Below are positions 48,137 to 57,901 of a stretch of 64,000 nt of DNA, one piece after another; position 1 is the first letter of the stretch, and each line of letters opens with the position of its first letter. This DNA comes from a virus (taxonomy: Duplodnaviria > Heunggongvirae > Uroviricota > Caudoviricetes). The stretch covers positions 3,554 through 67,553 of IMG/VR virus record IMGVR_UViG_2541047850_000005. One strand, 5' to 3'. A program made the position numbers and the translations under genes. Below the pieces are notes generated by a model that had not been told where the DNA came from, made no database searches, and was given only the letters and a program-made list of their open reading frames with translations.

Positions 48137-48568
48137 TCAACGGGGAGTAATAAAGCGTTCAGAGCCTAATCGCTCTAATTCAACGATGGCCATCTTTGAC
48201 GCCTGAACGATCATGTCTCGGCGATGCGAAAAGGCGGCGACAGCATGTTTGTATATGTCTGCGATGTGCCGTGCTTCATCCAACTTCTGCCGTTTAGACA
48301 GATACTGTGGGTTTGTTTTAACCTTAGCGTCCAGTACAGATTCGTTGAACTTAATGCCGTTCATACTCAAGTTCTTACGCTCTGTGTCGTATAGCTTTGC
48401 TTCAACAGCTTCAAGGTTAAGTTTTGCTTCTGCGACACTTCTTTCTGCATGGGCGAGTTTTGAGCCATATTCCATCAACAGGCGGGGTTGTCTACGCCAG
48501 ACTTCCTCCAGATTGTCTCGGTCAAACTCGAGATCAGACATTATTTTCTCGTAAATATCGGTGATCAT
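48137..48568 (-). CDS. hypothetical helical protein (possible recombination mediator)
   Basis: ORF track, 143 aa; sits between the SSB-like and DnaE genes. Confidence 0.35.
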   Translation of the reverse strand: MITDIYEKIMSDLEFDRDNLEEVWRRQPRLLMEYGSKLAHAERSVAEAKLNLEAVEAKLYDTERKNLSMNGIKFNESVLDAKVKTNPQYLSKRQKLDEARHIADIYKHAVAAFSHRRDMIVQASKMAIVELERLGSERFITPR

Positions 48569-48654
48569 GTGCTTTCCTTTTTACTTATCATCTTATATTG
48601 ATTATATCATTGTGATGATAAGGCAAGGAGTTCGAGGATAGGGGATATGAGGGG

Positions 48655-48684
48655 ATAAGAGAAAACATGGCCATAGAGGCCATG
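48655..48684 (-). terminator. rho-independent terminator (bidirectional hairpin)
   Basis: CATGGCCTCTATGGCCATG + TTTTCTCTT on the minus strand, 10 nt after the DnaE stop. Confidence 0.6.
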
Positions 48685-48693
48685 TTTATTGGA

Positions 48694-51600
48694 TCACGAC
48701 TTAATAGTTTCTGCTACGTCGGCTAATATCGCTTCTAGTCGTTCTCCCTCTTCAGGTCTGAAGTAAAGAATGTTGGGGTTAAACCCGTAAAAGACAGTAA
48801 CGTCAAGGTCTGGAAGATACTCCTTCCTGCCGACCAAATCGGATGGCTTGTTTTTGTTGTTAAACAATGCCGTTGCCCGGCTGCCACACGTCAGCACATA
48901 GGTCGGACGCACCAGATTGATCTCTTCACGTATAAAGTCGGTGAACTGGCCGATCTCGTCTTTGGTGTAGTCTTTTTCTTTGTCTTTAACCTTCTTGCAA
49001 ACGCCTGTGACATAGAGATCGCCCATGCGTAAATCTCCAGCCGTCAATAGCTTGGCCTTAAAGTCGTCGTATCCGTTCTCCATAAAGTAACCTGTTCGAG
49101 CATCATTGCCGTTCGCATTGTCCAGAATGATCATGATTTTCGGCTTAATACCAATGCTGGGGCGGATTAGTTCATCACCTAAGCCCATTTCAGCCGCCAT
49201 CCGTGTCATGAGCACGTTAATCTCAGCCGAACGTTTGGGGTTCATCTCAAACGGACGTGAGGCTTTAACTGCGTCTATGACAAGATTTCCCATCAATTCC
49301 GCTTGGTCGCGGAGACGTTCTGGATCAGTTGCTGGCAGACTACCTGGCTCGATGGATGCAAACGCACCTACTTTTCGCAGTGATTCGCGCACTCGACTAT
49401 TACAGGCACGTTTCTCGACAGCTTCTTCGAATTGCGCCAGTGACTCGAATTTGCCGCCAACTTTTTCTCGCGCTCTCATGATGGCTTGGCAGCCATTCTC
49501 AGAACACCCCTTCACAGCAGAGAAGGGTGCATACAGAACCTGGCTGCCATCTTCAAGCGTGCGGATCTCGATTCGGTTAGATGACACGTTAACGTCTGGT
49601 GGCAATACGCGAATACCATAGGTCAGCGCATCTTTAACCAGCCCTTGGTGTTTATCTTCGCCAAGAATAGTGAGAGCAGCAGCGAAAAACTCTGCGGGAT
49701 AATGAGTTTTCAACCACATAGATTGATAACTGATTAAGGAGTAAGCAACAGAGTGTGATTTGTTGAACTGGTAGGCACCATTTTTTTCGAATGCGGTCCA
49801 GATCTCCTTCGCTTTCATCTCTGATAGGCCAGGATGTGACGCTGTAACGCGTACTGCGTTTATAGGTAGTTTTGCGCCGTGCTCAAGTGCCTCTTCGACA
49901 GTTTTCAGAGTTCCGTCTTCGCATTTAAAATGTTCCGCACGGTGAATGCGCTGTGTAGTGCCATCTTCCAGCTCAACGTCTATCCAGCCAGCTTGAGCCT
50001 GAACGATGAACTTCTCGCCCATGCTCTTCATTTTTTCCATGTTCTTCTTACCGATTGCGGAACGCACACCGTCAGCTTCAGCCATTGTGAAGCCGGCAAG
50101 CAATCGAGTCGCGTTCATCGTCTGTTCCTGATAGAGAATCACGCCATTTGTTTCCGCGGTAAGTTCATCAAGAACGGGGTGTAATGATTCCGGCGTCATA
50201 AAGCCTTTGGCGACAGAAACATAGTCATCCAACATGCCTGATTGAATTGGCCCCGGCCGGAAGAGCGCAGTTGTAGCGACGACCGTTTTAAAGCTCATTG
50301 GCTCAATTCCACCACCTAAATCTTTAAGCAGCTTGCGCATTGGGCCTGATTCAAGCTGGAAAACACCTTGAGTGTACCCAGCAGCAAAACCATCCAGTAC
50401 CTTGCGATCTTCAAGAGAAATGGCATCAAGATTGATATCCTCACCTGTGTTCTCTTTAATGTAGCGTTTTGCACTATCGAGCAAATCGAGAGTCGCCAGG
50501 CCAAGTACATCCAGCTTAATTAGGCCCATAGCCTCGCAGTAACGCTTGTCAAATGCGATACAACGCGCGTCACCACGGCGTTCAACCGGTGTACGTTCTG
50601 TCAAGGGAACACCTGCTACGATCATCCCTGCCGCATGTCTGCCAAAGCCACGCATAATGCTTTGTAACTTACAGGCTGCATTGAATGCATCAGGATATTT
50701 TGTCGCGTATTTGTCGAGACTTGCTAGTTGTTCGCGCAGCTCTTCCAATGGAAGGCTATCATCCTCGACGTTCTTCAGTTCTTTTGATACCGCCATATCC
50801 GCAGCATCGACACCGTAAATACGCGCAGTGTCACGCAGCGCAGAAGCAGCGCCCAGATAGGTGAAGTTCGGAATACCGGCAACGTAATCTTCGCCATAGC
50901 GTTCATTCAGATACTCGATCACCTCATGACGACGTGCCTGACTGAAGTCTAAATCAGCATCCGGCAAGTCGAGACGCTCAGGGTTGATGAAACGCTCAAA
51001 CAGAAGACCGTGACGGATTGGGTCGACGTTGGTTATGCCTATGCACCACGCCACCAGAGAACCGGCAGAGGAACCACGACCAGGCCCAACGGGAATGCCA
51101 GTTTCACGACTATGATTCATCAGATCGCGCACCATCAGGAAGTAACCACAGAATCCCAGGCGAGTCAGCGTGTCCATTTCGTACTTTAGCCGCTCAACAT
51201 AAACCCTGTTCTCAGAAGCAGGTGGTGTGTATCCAAACTCTTTTGTGGTAAGACGTTTACGCAGCCCTGCAACAGCCAGTTTCATCAGCGTTGCAGGTTC
51301 GTCGTCTGCCATCTTGGGCAGTGCTGGTGGCAATTCATGCCAGCGCCATGTGCAGGCATCGATAATGGTATCCTGCGTTGTTGAGGCCATTGCAGCTGTT
51401 ACCGGCACATCCATGCGAACGGAGAAGGCTTTAAGCGACTCAAGGAGATGGCGGCGACCATTGACGGCGTTATCTCGCTGGTGGGGGATACGCAGACGAT
51501 GCGGCTGGTCGATTTTTATGTTGTTCGTAACCATGTGCGCAATGTCTTTAATGTCTGCATCGTCGATCGATTCGTAATAAGCGGGATAGAACGCTACTGG

Positions 51601-52212
51601 CTCTATTTTCAGTGCGCTGGCTACTTTCATCGCTCGGACGTTAATCTGGTCGTAGAATGGGGTAGGGTGCGGATAAACCACGCTATAGAAGTTGTCTTTT
51701 CCACCCGCTGTAATCAGTGTGCTTATGATTTTTGCAAAATCGTTGCGTTGGAACACGCTACCGATGTCGGAAGTGAGCAGGATGATGTTGCCTTTGGCAT
51801 ATGTAGAAACCAACTGTTCGAGCGAGAGACGCGGTACAAAGTAGAACTGTTCTCGTGTGTTGGCCACCGTCATTAGTTCGCAGATGTCGCGATATCCTTG
51901 CTCATTTTTAATTAGAGCGGTAAACGAGTAGTTACGTCCCCGCTCTAATGATTCCATACATCTCATAGATTCTTTAGCAAGTTTAGCACGGTGCTCGTAT
52001 GTGGGATCATCAACAATGTTTAGTTTCACACCACAAATAACCGCCATGTCGTCACCAGCGGCACGTTGTAGTGGAATAACGCTCGCAATATTCATGCTAT
52101 CTGCTGAAATTACAGCGGTGTAGCCAGCTTCTCTGGCAATCTTCACCGCGTTTTCTGCTTTTAAAGCCGACTCCCCAAGTGAGAAGTCAGTTCGAACCAT
52201 CAGTGCCTTCAT
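48694..52212 (-). CDS. dnaE: DNA polymerase III alpha subunit (DnaE family)
   Basis: 1172 aa; GIPVGPGRGSSAGSLVAWCIGITNVDP…LLFERFINPER and AYQFNKSHSVAYSLISYQSMWLKTHYPAEFF match the DnaE polymerase core; N-terminal PHP-like domain. Confidence 0.9.
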   Translation of the reverse strand: MKALMVRTDFSLGESALKAENAVKIAREAGYTAVISADSMNIASVIPLQRAAGDDMAVICGVKLNIVDDPTYEHRAKLAKESMRCMESLERGRNYSFTALIKNEQGYRDICELMTVANTREQFYFVPRLSLEQLVSTYAKGNIILLTSDIGSVFQRNDFAKIISTLITAGGKDNFYSVVYPHPTPFYDQINVRAMKVASALKIEPVAFYPAYYESIDDADIKDIAHMVTNNIKIDQPHRLRIPHQRDNAVNGRRHLLESLKAFSVRMDVPVTAAMASTTQDTIIDACTWRWHELPPALPKMADDEPATLMKLAVAGLRKRLTTKEFGYTPPASENRVYVERLKYEMDTLTRLGFCGYFLMVRDLMNHSRETGIPVGPGRGSSAGSLVAWCIGITNVDPIRHGLLFERFINPERLDLPDADLDFSQARRHEVIEYLNERYGEDYVAGIPNFTYLGAASALRDTARIYGVDAADMAVSKELKNVEDDSLPLEELREQLASLDKYATKYPDAFNAACKLQSIMRGFGRHAAGMIVAGVPLTERTPVERRGDARCIAFDKRYCEAMGLIKLDVLGLATLDLLDSAKRYIKENTGEDINLDAISLEDRKVLDGFAAGYTQGVFQLESGPMRKLLKDLGGGIEPMSFKTVVATTALFRPGPIQSGMLDDYVSVAKGFMTPESLHPVLDELTAETNGVILYQEQTMNATRLLAGFTMAEADGVRSAIGKKNMEKMKSMGEKFIVQAQAGWIDVELEDGTTQRIHRAEHFKCEDGTLKTVEEALEHGAKLPINAVRVTASHPGLSEMKAKEIWTAFEKNGAYQFNKSHSVAYSLISYQSMWLKTHYPAEFFAAALTILGEDKHQGLVKDALTYGIRVLPPDVNVSSNRIEIRTLEDGSQVLYAPFSAVKGCSENGCQAIMRAREKVGGKFESLAQFEEAVEKRACNSRVRESLRKVGAFASIEPGSLPATDPERLRDQAELMGNLVIDAVKASRPFEMNPKRSAEINVLMTRMAAEMGLGDELIRPSIGIKPKIMIILDNANGNDARTGYFMENGYDDFKAKLLTAGDLRMGDLYVTGVCKKVKDKEKDYTKDEIGQFTDFIREEINLVRPTYVLTCGSRATALFNNKNKPSDLVGRKEYLPDLDVTVFYGFNPNILYFRPEEGERLEAILADVAETIKS

Positions 52213-52396
52213 GTGTTTTTACCTTTCTGGTTTTTTTGATTTTGTCATTTGGGAAGCCTACGAACTTCCCATGCATCGAAATCGCAACTTCTTTTGCTGA
52301 TTGGTGACAATAAGGCTTGTCTGGACACACCAGACAAGCCTTACCAGTTTCAGAAGCAGCGATAAGAGAGCCGAAACATCCTTTACGCACGATCAA
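52187..52396 (-). CDS. hypothetical small Cys-rich protein (69 aa)
   Basis: ORF track; CLVCPDKPYCH cluster; overlaps the dnaE start by 26 nt. Confidence 0.3.
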   Translation of the reverse strand: MIVRKGCFGSLIAASETGKACLVCPDKPYCHQSAKEVAISMHGKFVGFPNDKIKKTRKVKTHEGTDGSN

Positions 52397-53628
52397 CCAA
52401 ATATTTTTTGAACAACTTCACGAGCCGCTTGTGCAGAAGCTGAAGGGAGTTTGTTAATGAAAGAACGCTCAATACCTGTCACAAAATCGCCTCGCATCAT
52501 TCCAATCTTGGCCGACAACAAAAGCTCACGAGGCCCAATCGGTTGGCTGATATTGTGTTCTTCGTATCCATCGCGAACGATACCGGCAAACTTAACCATC
52601 TTTTCAGCGTATTCATCCACGATGCCGGCATTTATCAACATGTTGATCTCTGCCTCTTTGCTCATGTATTTCACATTCGAAACGATGCCAAAACGCGAAA
52701 AGTTAGCGGCGTTCTGGATGTTTGTACCCTGGTACAAGCCGGTTTCATCACCAGATCCGTTCGTGTTGCCAGTGCCAATGAAAGCAAACCGTTCATGCGG
52801 AGTAATGCGACGCCATTCTGGAGTCGCCTCTTTGATGACCAACGCTTCACCTTCCAGCACTGGCTGATACACGCCAAGAATCTGTGGAAACGCAAAGTCG
52901 TATTCATCCGCGAGGTAAACCCAGCCATGCTTCATTGCGAGCGCAAGCAAACCAGGCTCGAAATACGTAGAGCCATCACGCGCCAGAATTTGTCCCGTAA
53001 CATGAGCCTCTTCCATTGATGCTGTATGTTGGGCACGGATTAACGGACGATTGAGCAAAGCACATAGTTGTGTAGGCAATGAAGATTTGCCTGTTCCTGC
53101 ATGACCCCACAAATAGCCTGGTATGCCAAGTTCAAGCATCATGAAAATGTCTTTGATCAGTTCGAAGTCGCCATATACGTATCCCTTCTTCACTTCTGGA
53201 ACGAACTCTGGAAACGGCGTATTGACGTTGACGCTAACCATGAGCGGCGTCCCACGTTTTGTTCCGAGTTCTTTCACCGTTACATTTAGCATTTCGTGAG
53301 CTGCGACCAGATCTGTCTTGTACTCAACTGTGCCTGTATAGCCTGGGCTATTGGTCACGCCAGATGATTTGGCCATTTCGCTTTTTTGCTCGGCACGTTT
53401 AGCTTGAATTGCATCAAGTGCCTTTTTCGATAGCGTTGGCTCATCTGGAAACTGCGTTGTGTACATTTTCAGTACGGTGTCAGGATCGGCATCTTTTACT
53501 GACTCAGGAATGCCCTCGCAATTACCATTGGCTACATGGGACTTAAAATAGTGAAATGATTTTCCGCACCACTTGCAAACAAGGTAATCAGAAGGATTTT
53601 TTTCATTTTGCAGTGCAGTAGTAGTCAT
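52393..53628 (-). CDS. AAA+ ATPase, CobS/MoxR-like
   Basis: Walker A GHAGTGKSSL and Walker B-like VYLADEYD. Confidence 0.65.
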   Translation of the reverse strand: MTTTALQNEKNPSDYLVCKWCGKSFHYFKSHVANGNCEGIPESVKDADPDTVLKMYTTQFPDEPTLSKKALDAIQAKRAEQKSEMAKSSGVTNSPGYTGTVEYKTDLVAAHEMLNVTVKELGTKRGTPLMVSVNVNTPFPEFVPEVKKGYVYGDFELIKDIFMMLELGIPGYLWGHAGTGKSSLPTQLCALLNRPLIRAQHTASMEEAHVTGQILARDGSTYFEPGLLALAMKHGWVYLADEYDFAFPQILGVYQPVLEGEALVIKEATPEWRRITPHERFAFIGTGNTNGSGDETGLYQGTNIQNAANFSRFGIVSNVKYMSKEAEINMLINAGIVDEYAEKMVKFAGIVRDGYEEHNISQPIGPRELLLSAKIGMMRGDFVTGIERSFINKLPSASAQAAREVVQKIFG

Positions 53629-53723
53629 GCGTTTTTCCTTTGTTTTCTAATGAGCTTTCAACTTCTTATATAAATATACCATCAAATATCGTAAGTGATT
53701 ACTTATCATTAAGGCTATTCTAA

Positions 53724-55832
53724 TCACTTCAAAATGATACGAGATAGTTCAGTAACTACAGATGAACCAAGACTATCAACGCTCGTTACCAGGGCATGGT
53801 TTGCGTAAAATCTCTCCGGTGCGTCAGTCATGATGCCAATTGCCATCAAATCAATGTCAGTCTGCGTTTCAATTTGCTTCGCAACCGAACGCAAATGAGC
53901 GTCAAAACCTCTCCCAACAGCCAACGGCTCGCCATCATTCAGAACAAGCATGATCTTCCTGTCCTCCATGCGACCGGAAAATAACGATGCAAGGCTGGCT
54001 ATGCTTTCACCATCCACGTTATTAAGAAGTGGGAATGTGTAGCCTACGCACCCCATACGTGAGCGAACTTCGCGAGAATTTACCTTTTCATTCCAATTTT
54101 TGATGATAGGTAGCATTAAAGATTCAAAGCGAGAGAACTCATACTTGACAGCCTTAAGTTCTCCTGCCGCCATATGACTACCAAATGTAGTGAAGCCGGT
54201 GATAATGTTGGGAACATTTATTCGATCAAGGGCATCGGCGATGGTATATGCACTTGCAAGAGCCAATTGTATCGTTATACCACTCATTGAACCTGATAAA
54301 TCAATCACTTGTTGAACACAGGCGTTAACGGCTTTAGATTCTTCTTTTTTACGAAACACGCGATCATCATTCATTGCTAATCTGTAGATACTAGAACCAT
54401 GAATGCGCCCCCGACGCTGGCCCGGTATAAACTGAACTCTGTTTCTGCTTGCTATTGCTCGCTCCAGGTCTTTTGCCAGCGTCGACGAAACACCTGACGA
54501 AAGATGCTTTTCAATATATTTGTCGAAGAGCTGGTTGCCTTCAGGAACGATGCGATAGCGGCTGATTGGATATCCTCCTAAATCAATATCGGAGAATGTT
54601 TTAATAAGCCGTTTGATATGGGCTTCTGCCTGATCAATCGAGCCGATGAAGTCGTATGAGCGATTGTATGGCCTGTATTCACTTTTCGAGCTTTCTGTTA
54701 ACTCGCTTTTAATCGTTTCGGATAGAGCATCTTCTGTCATGCCTCCGACTTCATCTTCTATGCTATCCAGCTCCTCTAAAGCCTCTTCCAGACTCATTTT
54801 TGACGTAGTTGGAATATCTGAAGAGCCGTCTTCTGTCGTTTTTCTTTTTTCGTGGTCAGCGGTTAATGATTCTGACGCCGCGTTATCAGAAGCATCAGAA
54901 TCTGATACCTCTTTATCATTTTCTGTATCATCGAATATTGTTTCTGATGATTCAGAATTATCTGAATCATCACTGTCGTTATTATCATGTTTGTGCTTAC
55001 TATGTGATTCTGATTTGATAGATTTGTGATTATCTAACAATGAGGGTGTCTCATGATCTTCGTTGTCTTCATTGTTTTCTCCAGAGGCATCCGTCTGGTC
55101 AGCGTCTGAAGGATCGGAAGTTTTTCCCGGAGCTGACTCCTTACCTTTGCTTTCACTTTCAGTGTCTTTGAGGATCTTAGCTATGGTCGCAGCCACCTTT
55201 ACACAATCCTCGGTGCAAGACATGTTACGCACGGCCACATCGATACCATGTTCTTTTAATAATGAAATTGGTTTCTCAATGACAGGCCAATATTCATCCA
55301 TGAAATCTACGAACGGTGCTTGGCCATCCCAGGCTCTTACAACCGGACAGAGAAAGAAGTTTAGAAAAAGCGCGCGCTGATCTTTGCCACAATAAGCAAT
55401 AGCCTCTGAAGCCTTTGGTTTAAAGACTTTTTCGATTATAAGGCGCTGAGTTGCCATCAGATTACGTCTTGTTCCGTTAAAGACCTGACCCATTTTTCGC
55501 TCGATGAACACGTCTTCTAAGGCATTCCATAGCGACCAGGAAGGAACGCGTCCTTTTTCTTTCATTTTGTTGGACACACGAATATCGGTAAACAAAATGT
55601 GAGCAACCTCATGATCGAGAAATCCGCGCACAGCATTCATCAATGCCGGTGTTGCGTTATCCGGGATTGATGGGATGTTTACGAGAATTGGCTCTCCATC
55701 ATCATTATAGCGTACATAAGCGTCGTCCCCTCGTTCTGCAACAGGGATGTTTTTACCTGAAAGGAGAGCGACTACTCGTTTTACACTGTCACGGAAGTCC
55801 TGAACCTCTTTGATGGAACGTTTTTTAGACAT
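53724..55832 (-). CDS. CobT-like protein with acidic linker and C-terminal VWA domain
   Basis: Central Asp/Ser/Glu-rich low-complexity stretch; C-terminal MIDAS-like VIDLSGSMSG. Confidence 0.6.
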   Translation of the reverse strand: MSKKRSIKEVQDFRDSVKRVVALLSGKNIPVAERGDDAYVRYNDDGEPILVNIPSIPDNATPALMNAVRGFLDHEVAHILFTDIRVSNKMKEKGRVPSWSLWNALEDVFIERKMGQVFNGTRRNLMATQRLIIEKVFKPKASEAIAYCGKDQRALFLNFFLCPVVRAWDGQAPFVDFMDEYWPVIEKPISLLKEHGIDVAVRNMSCTEDCVKVAATIAKILKDTESESKGKESAPGKTSDPSDADQTDASGENNEDNEDHETPSLLDNHKSIKSESHSKHKHDNNDSDDSDNSESSETIFDDTENDKEVSDSDASDNAASESLTADHEKRKTTEDGSSDIPTTSKMSLEEALEELDSIEDEVGGMTEDALSETIKSELTESSKSEYRPYNRSYDFIGSIDQAEAHIKRLIKTFSDIDLGGYPISRYRIVPEGNQLFDKYIEKHLSSGVSSTLAKDLERAIASRNRVQFIPGQRRGRIHGSSIYRLAMNDDRVFRKKEESKAVNACVQQVIDLSGSMSGITIQLALASAYTIADALDRINVPNIITGFTTFGSHMAAGELKAVKYEFSRFESLMLPIIKNWNEKVNSREVRSRMGCVGYTFPLLNNVDGESIASLASLFSGRMEDRKIMLVLNDGEPLAVGRGFDAHLRSVAKQIETQTDIDLMAIGIMTDAPERFYANHALVTSVDSLGSSVVTELSRIILK

Positions 55833-55930
55833 GGCTAATCCTTTGTTATGAAAACAAATTATTTACTAGTATGTTTAATGTAGCACTGCGCGAACAGGGA
55901 ACTAAGCCATTCGCGCAGGTAGCAGAGGGG

Positions 55931-56143
55931 TTAACAGGTTCTGACGGCTAAAGAGCCAGAGCCGGTATTGATAAGCGTGAAGCGTTTGTTATTAAGTAGG
56001 AATATAAAGGCTGTTGCGTCATGCATACCAACCTGAATCTGCTCATTTGGTAATTCGGTGAGAATGTCAGCTACACATTCATCAGCTAATTTTTCAACGT
56101 GTCCGATCTCAAGAGTGATTAGGCTGGAAATAGTTGTTTTCAT
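55931..56143 (-). CDS. hypothetical small protein (70 aa)
   Basis: ORF track; divergent from the HTH gene. Confidence 0.35.
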   Translation of the reverse strand: MKTTISSLITLEIGHVEKLADECVADILTELPNEQIQVGMHDATAFIFLLNNKRFTLINTGSGSLAVRTC

Positions 56144-56345
56144 TCAATCAATCCATTCTAACTTAAAATATGGTAGGGAGTACTATTAAATCTTATATCA
56201 TAATTGAACTTATCTATATCATATCTGAGTTAGTTTTGTTACATGTTATTAGTCGTTTTTCTCCATTAATGAATGCTGATTGGTTAATATTTGTGCCTGT
56301 AGAAAAAATGATTATATCTTTACAACCCTAACCTTTGATGTAATA

Positions 56346-56362
56346 TCGGTAAGCACTTACCA
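56346..56362. promoter_or_regulatory. motif-2-like palindrome upstream of HTH regulator gene
   Basis: GGTAAGCACTTACC about 30 bp upstream of the 56391 ATG; candidate autoregulatory operator. Confidence 0.4.
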
Positions 56363-56390
56363 GAGAGTTTAACGCGCAAAGGTCGCAATA

Positions 56391-56777
56391 ATGTCTGACA
56401 AAAACATTGAATTTATAGAAAGTCGCTATGCTGCTTTTATCGCAGGGCTGATTGAATCCTCACCTATGAGTCAGGCCCAAATAGCCAGACTTATTGGTTA
56501 TAAAAATGCCAACAACCTTTCTTTAATTAAAAGTGGTAAAATTCCTTTGCCTATCGATAAGGTTCGTCCGCTGGCGTTGGCGCTGGGTATTGAGCCAAGT
56601 CGTCTTATGATGATGGTGCTGGAAGAACGCCAACCTGAACTCGCAGCATTTTTATACAAAGAAGGCACCGCTCCTCTTAACGAGGACGAAAAACAGGTTC
56701 TTGCTGCATATAACGAGCGATTCGGTAAAGAGAAAGGCGCATCACAAAAGGTTGTTGAGGCCATAAAGTCTCTATGA
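56391..56777 (+). CDS. XRE-family helix-turn-helix transcriptional regulator
   Basis: …SQAQIARLIGYKNANNLSLIKSGK… HTH signature; 128 aa; convergent with the recombinase gene. Confidence 0.65.
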   Translation: MSDKNIEFIESRYAAFIAGLIESSPMSQAQIARLIGYKNANNLSLIKSGKIPLPIDKVRPLALALGIEPSRLMMMVLEERQPELAAFLYKEGTAPLNEDEKQVLAAYNERFGKEKGASQKVVEAIKSL

Positions 56778-57875
56778 AAAATTTAGACGAATAAGCTCTG
56801 TTGATAGACGATCTCCCTTGAATTTGTGGTCAATTTCGTCTAAATCCGGTTGCTCTACGATTGATGCGATGTACGTTGAGAAACTTTCTAAGGCGTCTCG
56901 CATCTCGTCCATATAATCGTGCCGGTCGTAGACCCGATCTATCCCCTCAAGACTGTGGTTCATGATTTTGCGTGATACCTCCTGGCTTATGCCTAATGCT
57001 GGGAAGTAACTACGCGCAGTACGACGCAAATCTCGGGGTGTAAATGGCGCAAGCTCCATCAGTTCTGGTCGTTCCAGAATACGACGTAATGCCTGGGCTA
57101 TTGCCACTTTAGACATAGGAAGGTCTTTCCCGATTTTTTTATTCGAAGGCACGAGCCACTGGCTGTCTTTACCGTATTCGAACAACTCTTCAATGCATGT
57201 GCGCATTAATGTGCTTAAAGGCAGCGAATGCTCACGTGCTGACTTGTTTCTCTTGCCTTGATTCCAAACTCCACGCTTAAGATTGAACTCACTTTTTTTA
57301 GCCCTCAGTACTTCGTCAGGTCGTCTTGCTGATACAAGACACAGCCTGGCCGCCCATTTTGTACCAGCGCACACATTGAAGTAGTCCCATATATTCCAGA
57401 ACACCCATACCTCTGCGTCGGTCAGCTTCCGCTCGCGAGGTGTGGGCTTTGCGCCACCGGCAACTTTGTTTAGTGACATATCGTTTAACGGTGACACGTC
57501 TATCATCCCCTGGAAGGCGCACCAGCTAAGGAACTGCTTCATCAGAGAGAAAACGCGGCGGCCCATAACAATTTTGCCATCCAGTATTAGTGGGTTGACC
57601 AGTTGGTTCACCATGAACCTATTAATGTCACTTACTTTTACATCGGCAATGTGCGGCAAAACATGTATCAAAATACAATGAACAGCGATCTCTGGCCGAC
57701 GTCTGGTTATCAGCAGAGATAAGCGAGTGAATAACATGAATGCGTCCGAGAATTTCATATCATTGCTAACCTGCGAGATCATAACGGCCTGCATTTGAGA
57801 TGCTCTTTCGAGATACTCAATCGCCTCTTTTGAGGTGTTCTCAGCAGCGCGTGCTCTGTCAAAGCTATTTTTCAT
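56772..57875 (-). CDS. tyrosine-type site-specific recombinase/integrase
   Basis: 367 aa; candidate catalytic Arg (ARRPDEV), RDLRRTARSYF and HSLEGIDRVYDRHDY fit the R…H-x-x-R…Y pattern. Confidence 0.75.
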   Translation of the reverse strand: MKNSFDRARAAENTSKEAIEYLERASQMQAVMISQVSNDMKFSDAFMLFTRLSLLITRRRPEIAVHCILIHVLPHIADVKVSDINRFMVNQLVNPLILDGKIVMGRRVFSLMKQFLSWCAFQGMIDVSPLNDMSLNKVAGGAKPTPRERKLTDAEVWVFWNIWDYFNVCAGTKWAARLCLVSARRPDEVLRAKKSEFNLKRGVWNQGKRNKSAREHSLPLSTLMRTCIEELFEYGKDSQWLVPSNKKIGKDLPMSKVAIAQALRRILERPELMELAPFTPRDLRRTARSYFPALGISQEVSRKIMNHSLEGIDRVYDRHDYMDEMRDALESFSTYIASIVEQPDLDEIDHKFKGDRLSTELIRLNFS

Positions 57876-57901
57876 ATGACAATCACCGAGTTACGCCGAT
57901 T

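Noticed and set aside
49106-51876. Several plus-strand ORFs of 77-171 aa
   Set aside because: All are antisense to the well-supported dnaE gene.
54646-55380. Plus-strand ORFs (127, 69, 105 aa)
   Set aside because: Antisense to the CobT-like gene, arising from its acidic low-complexity region.
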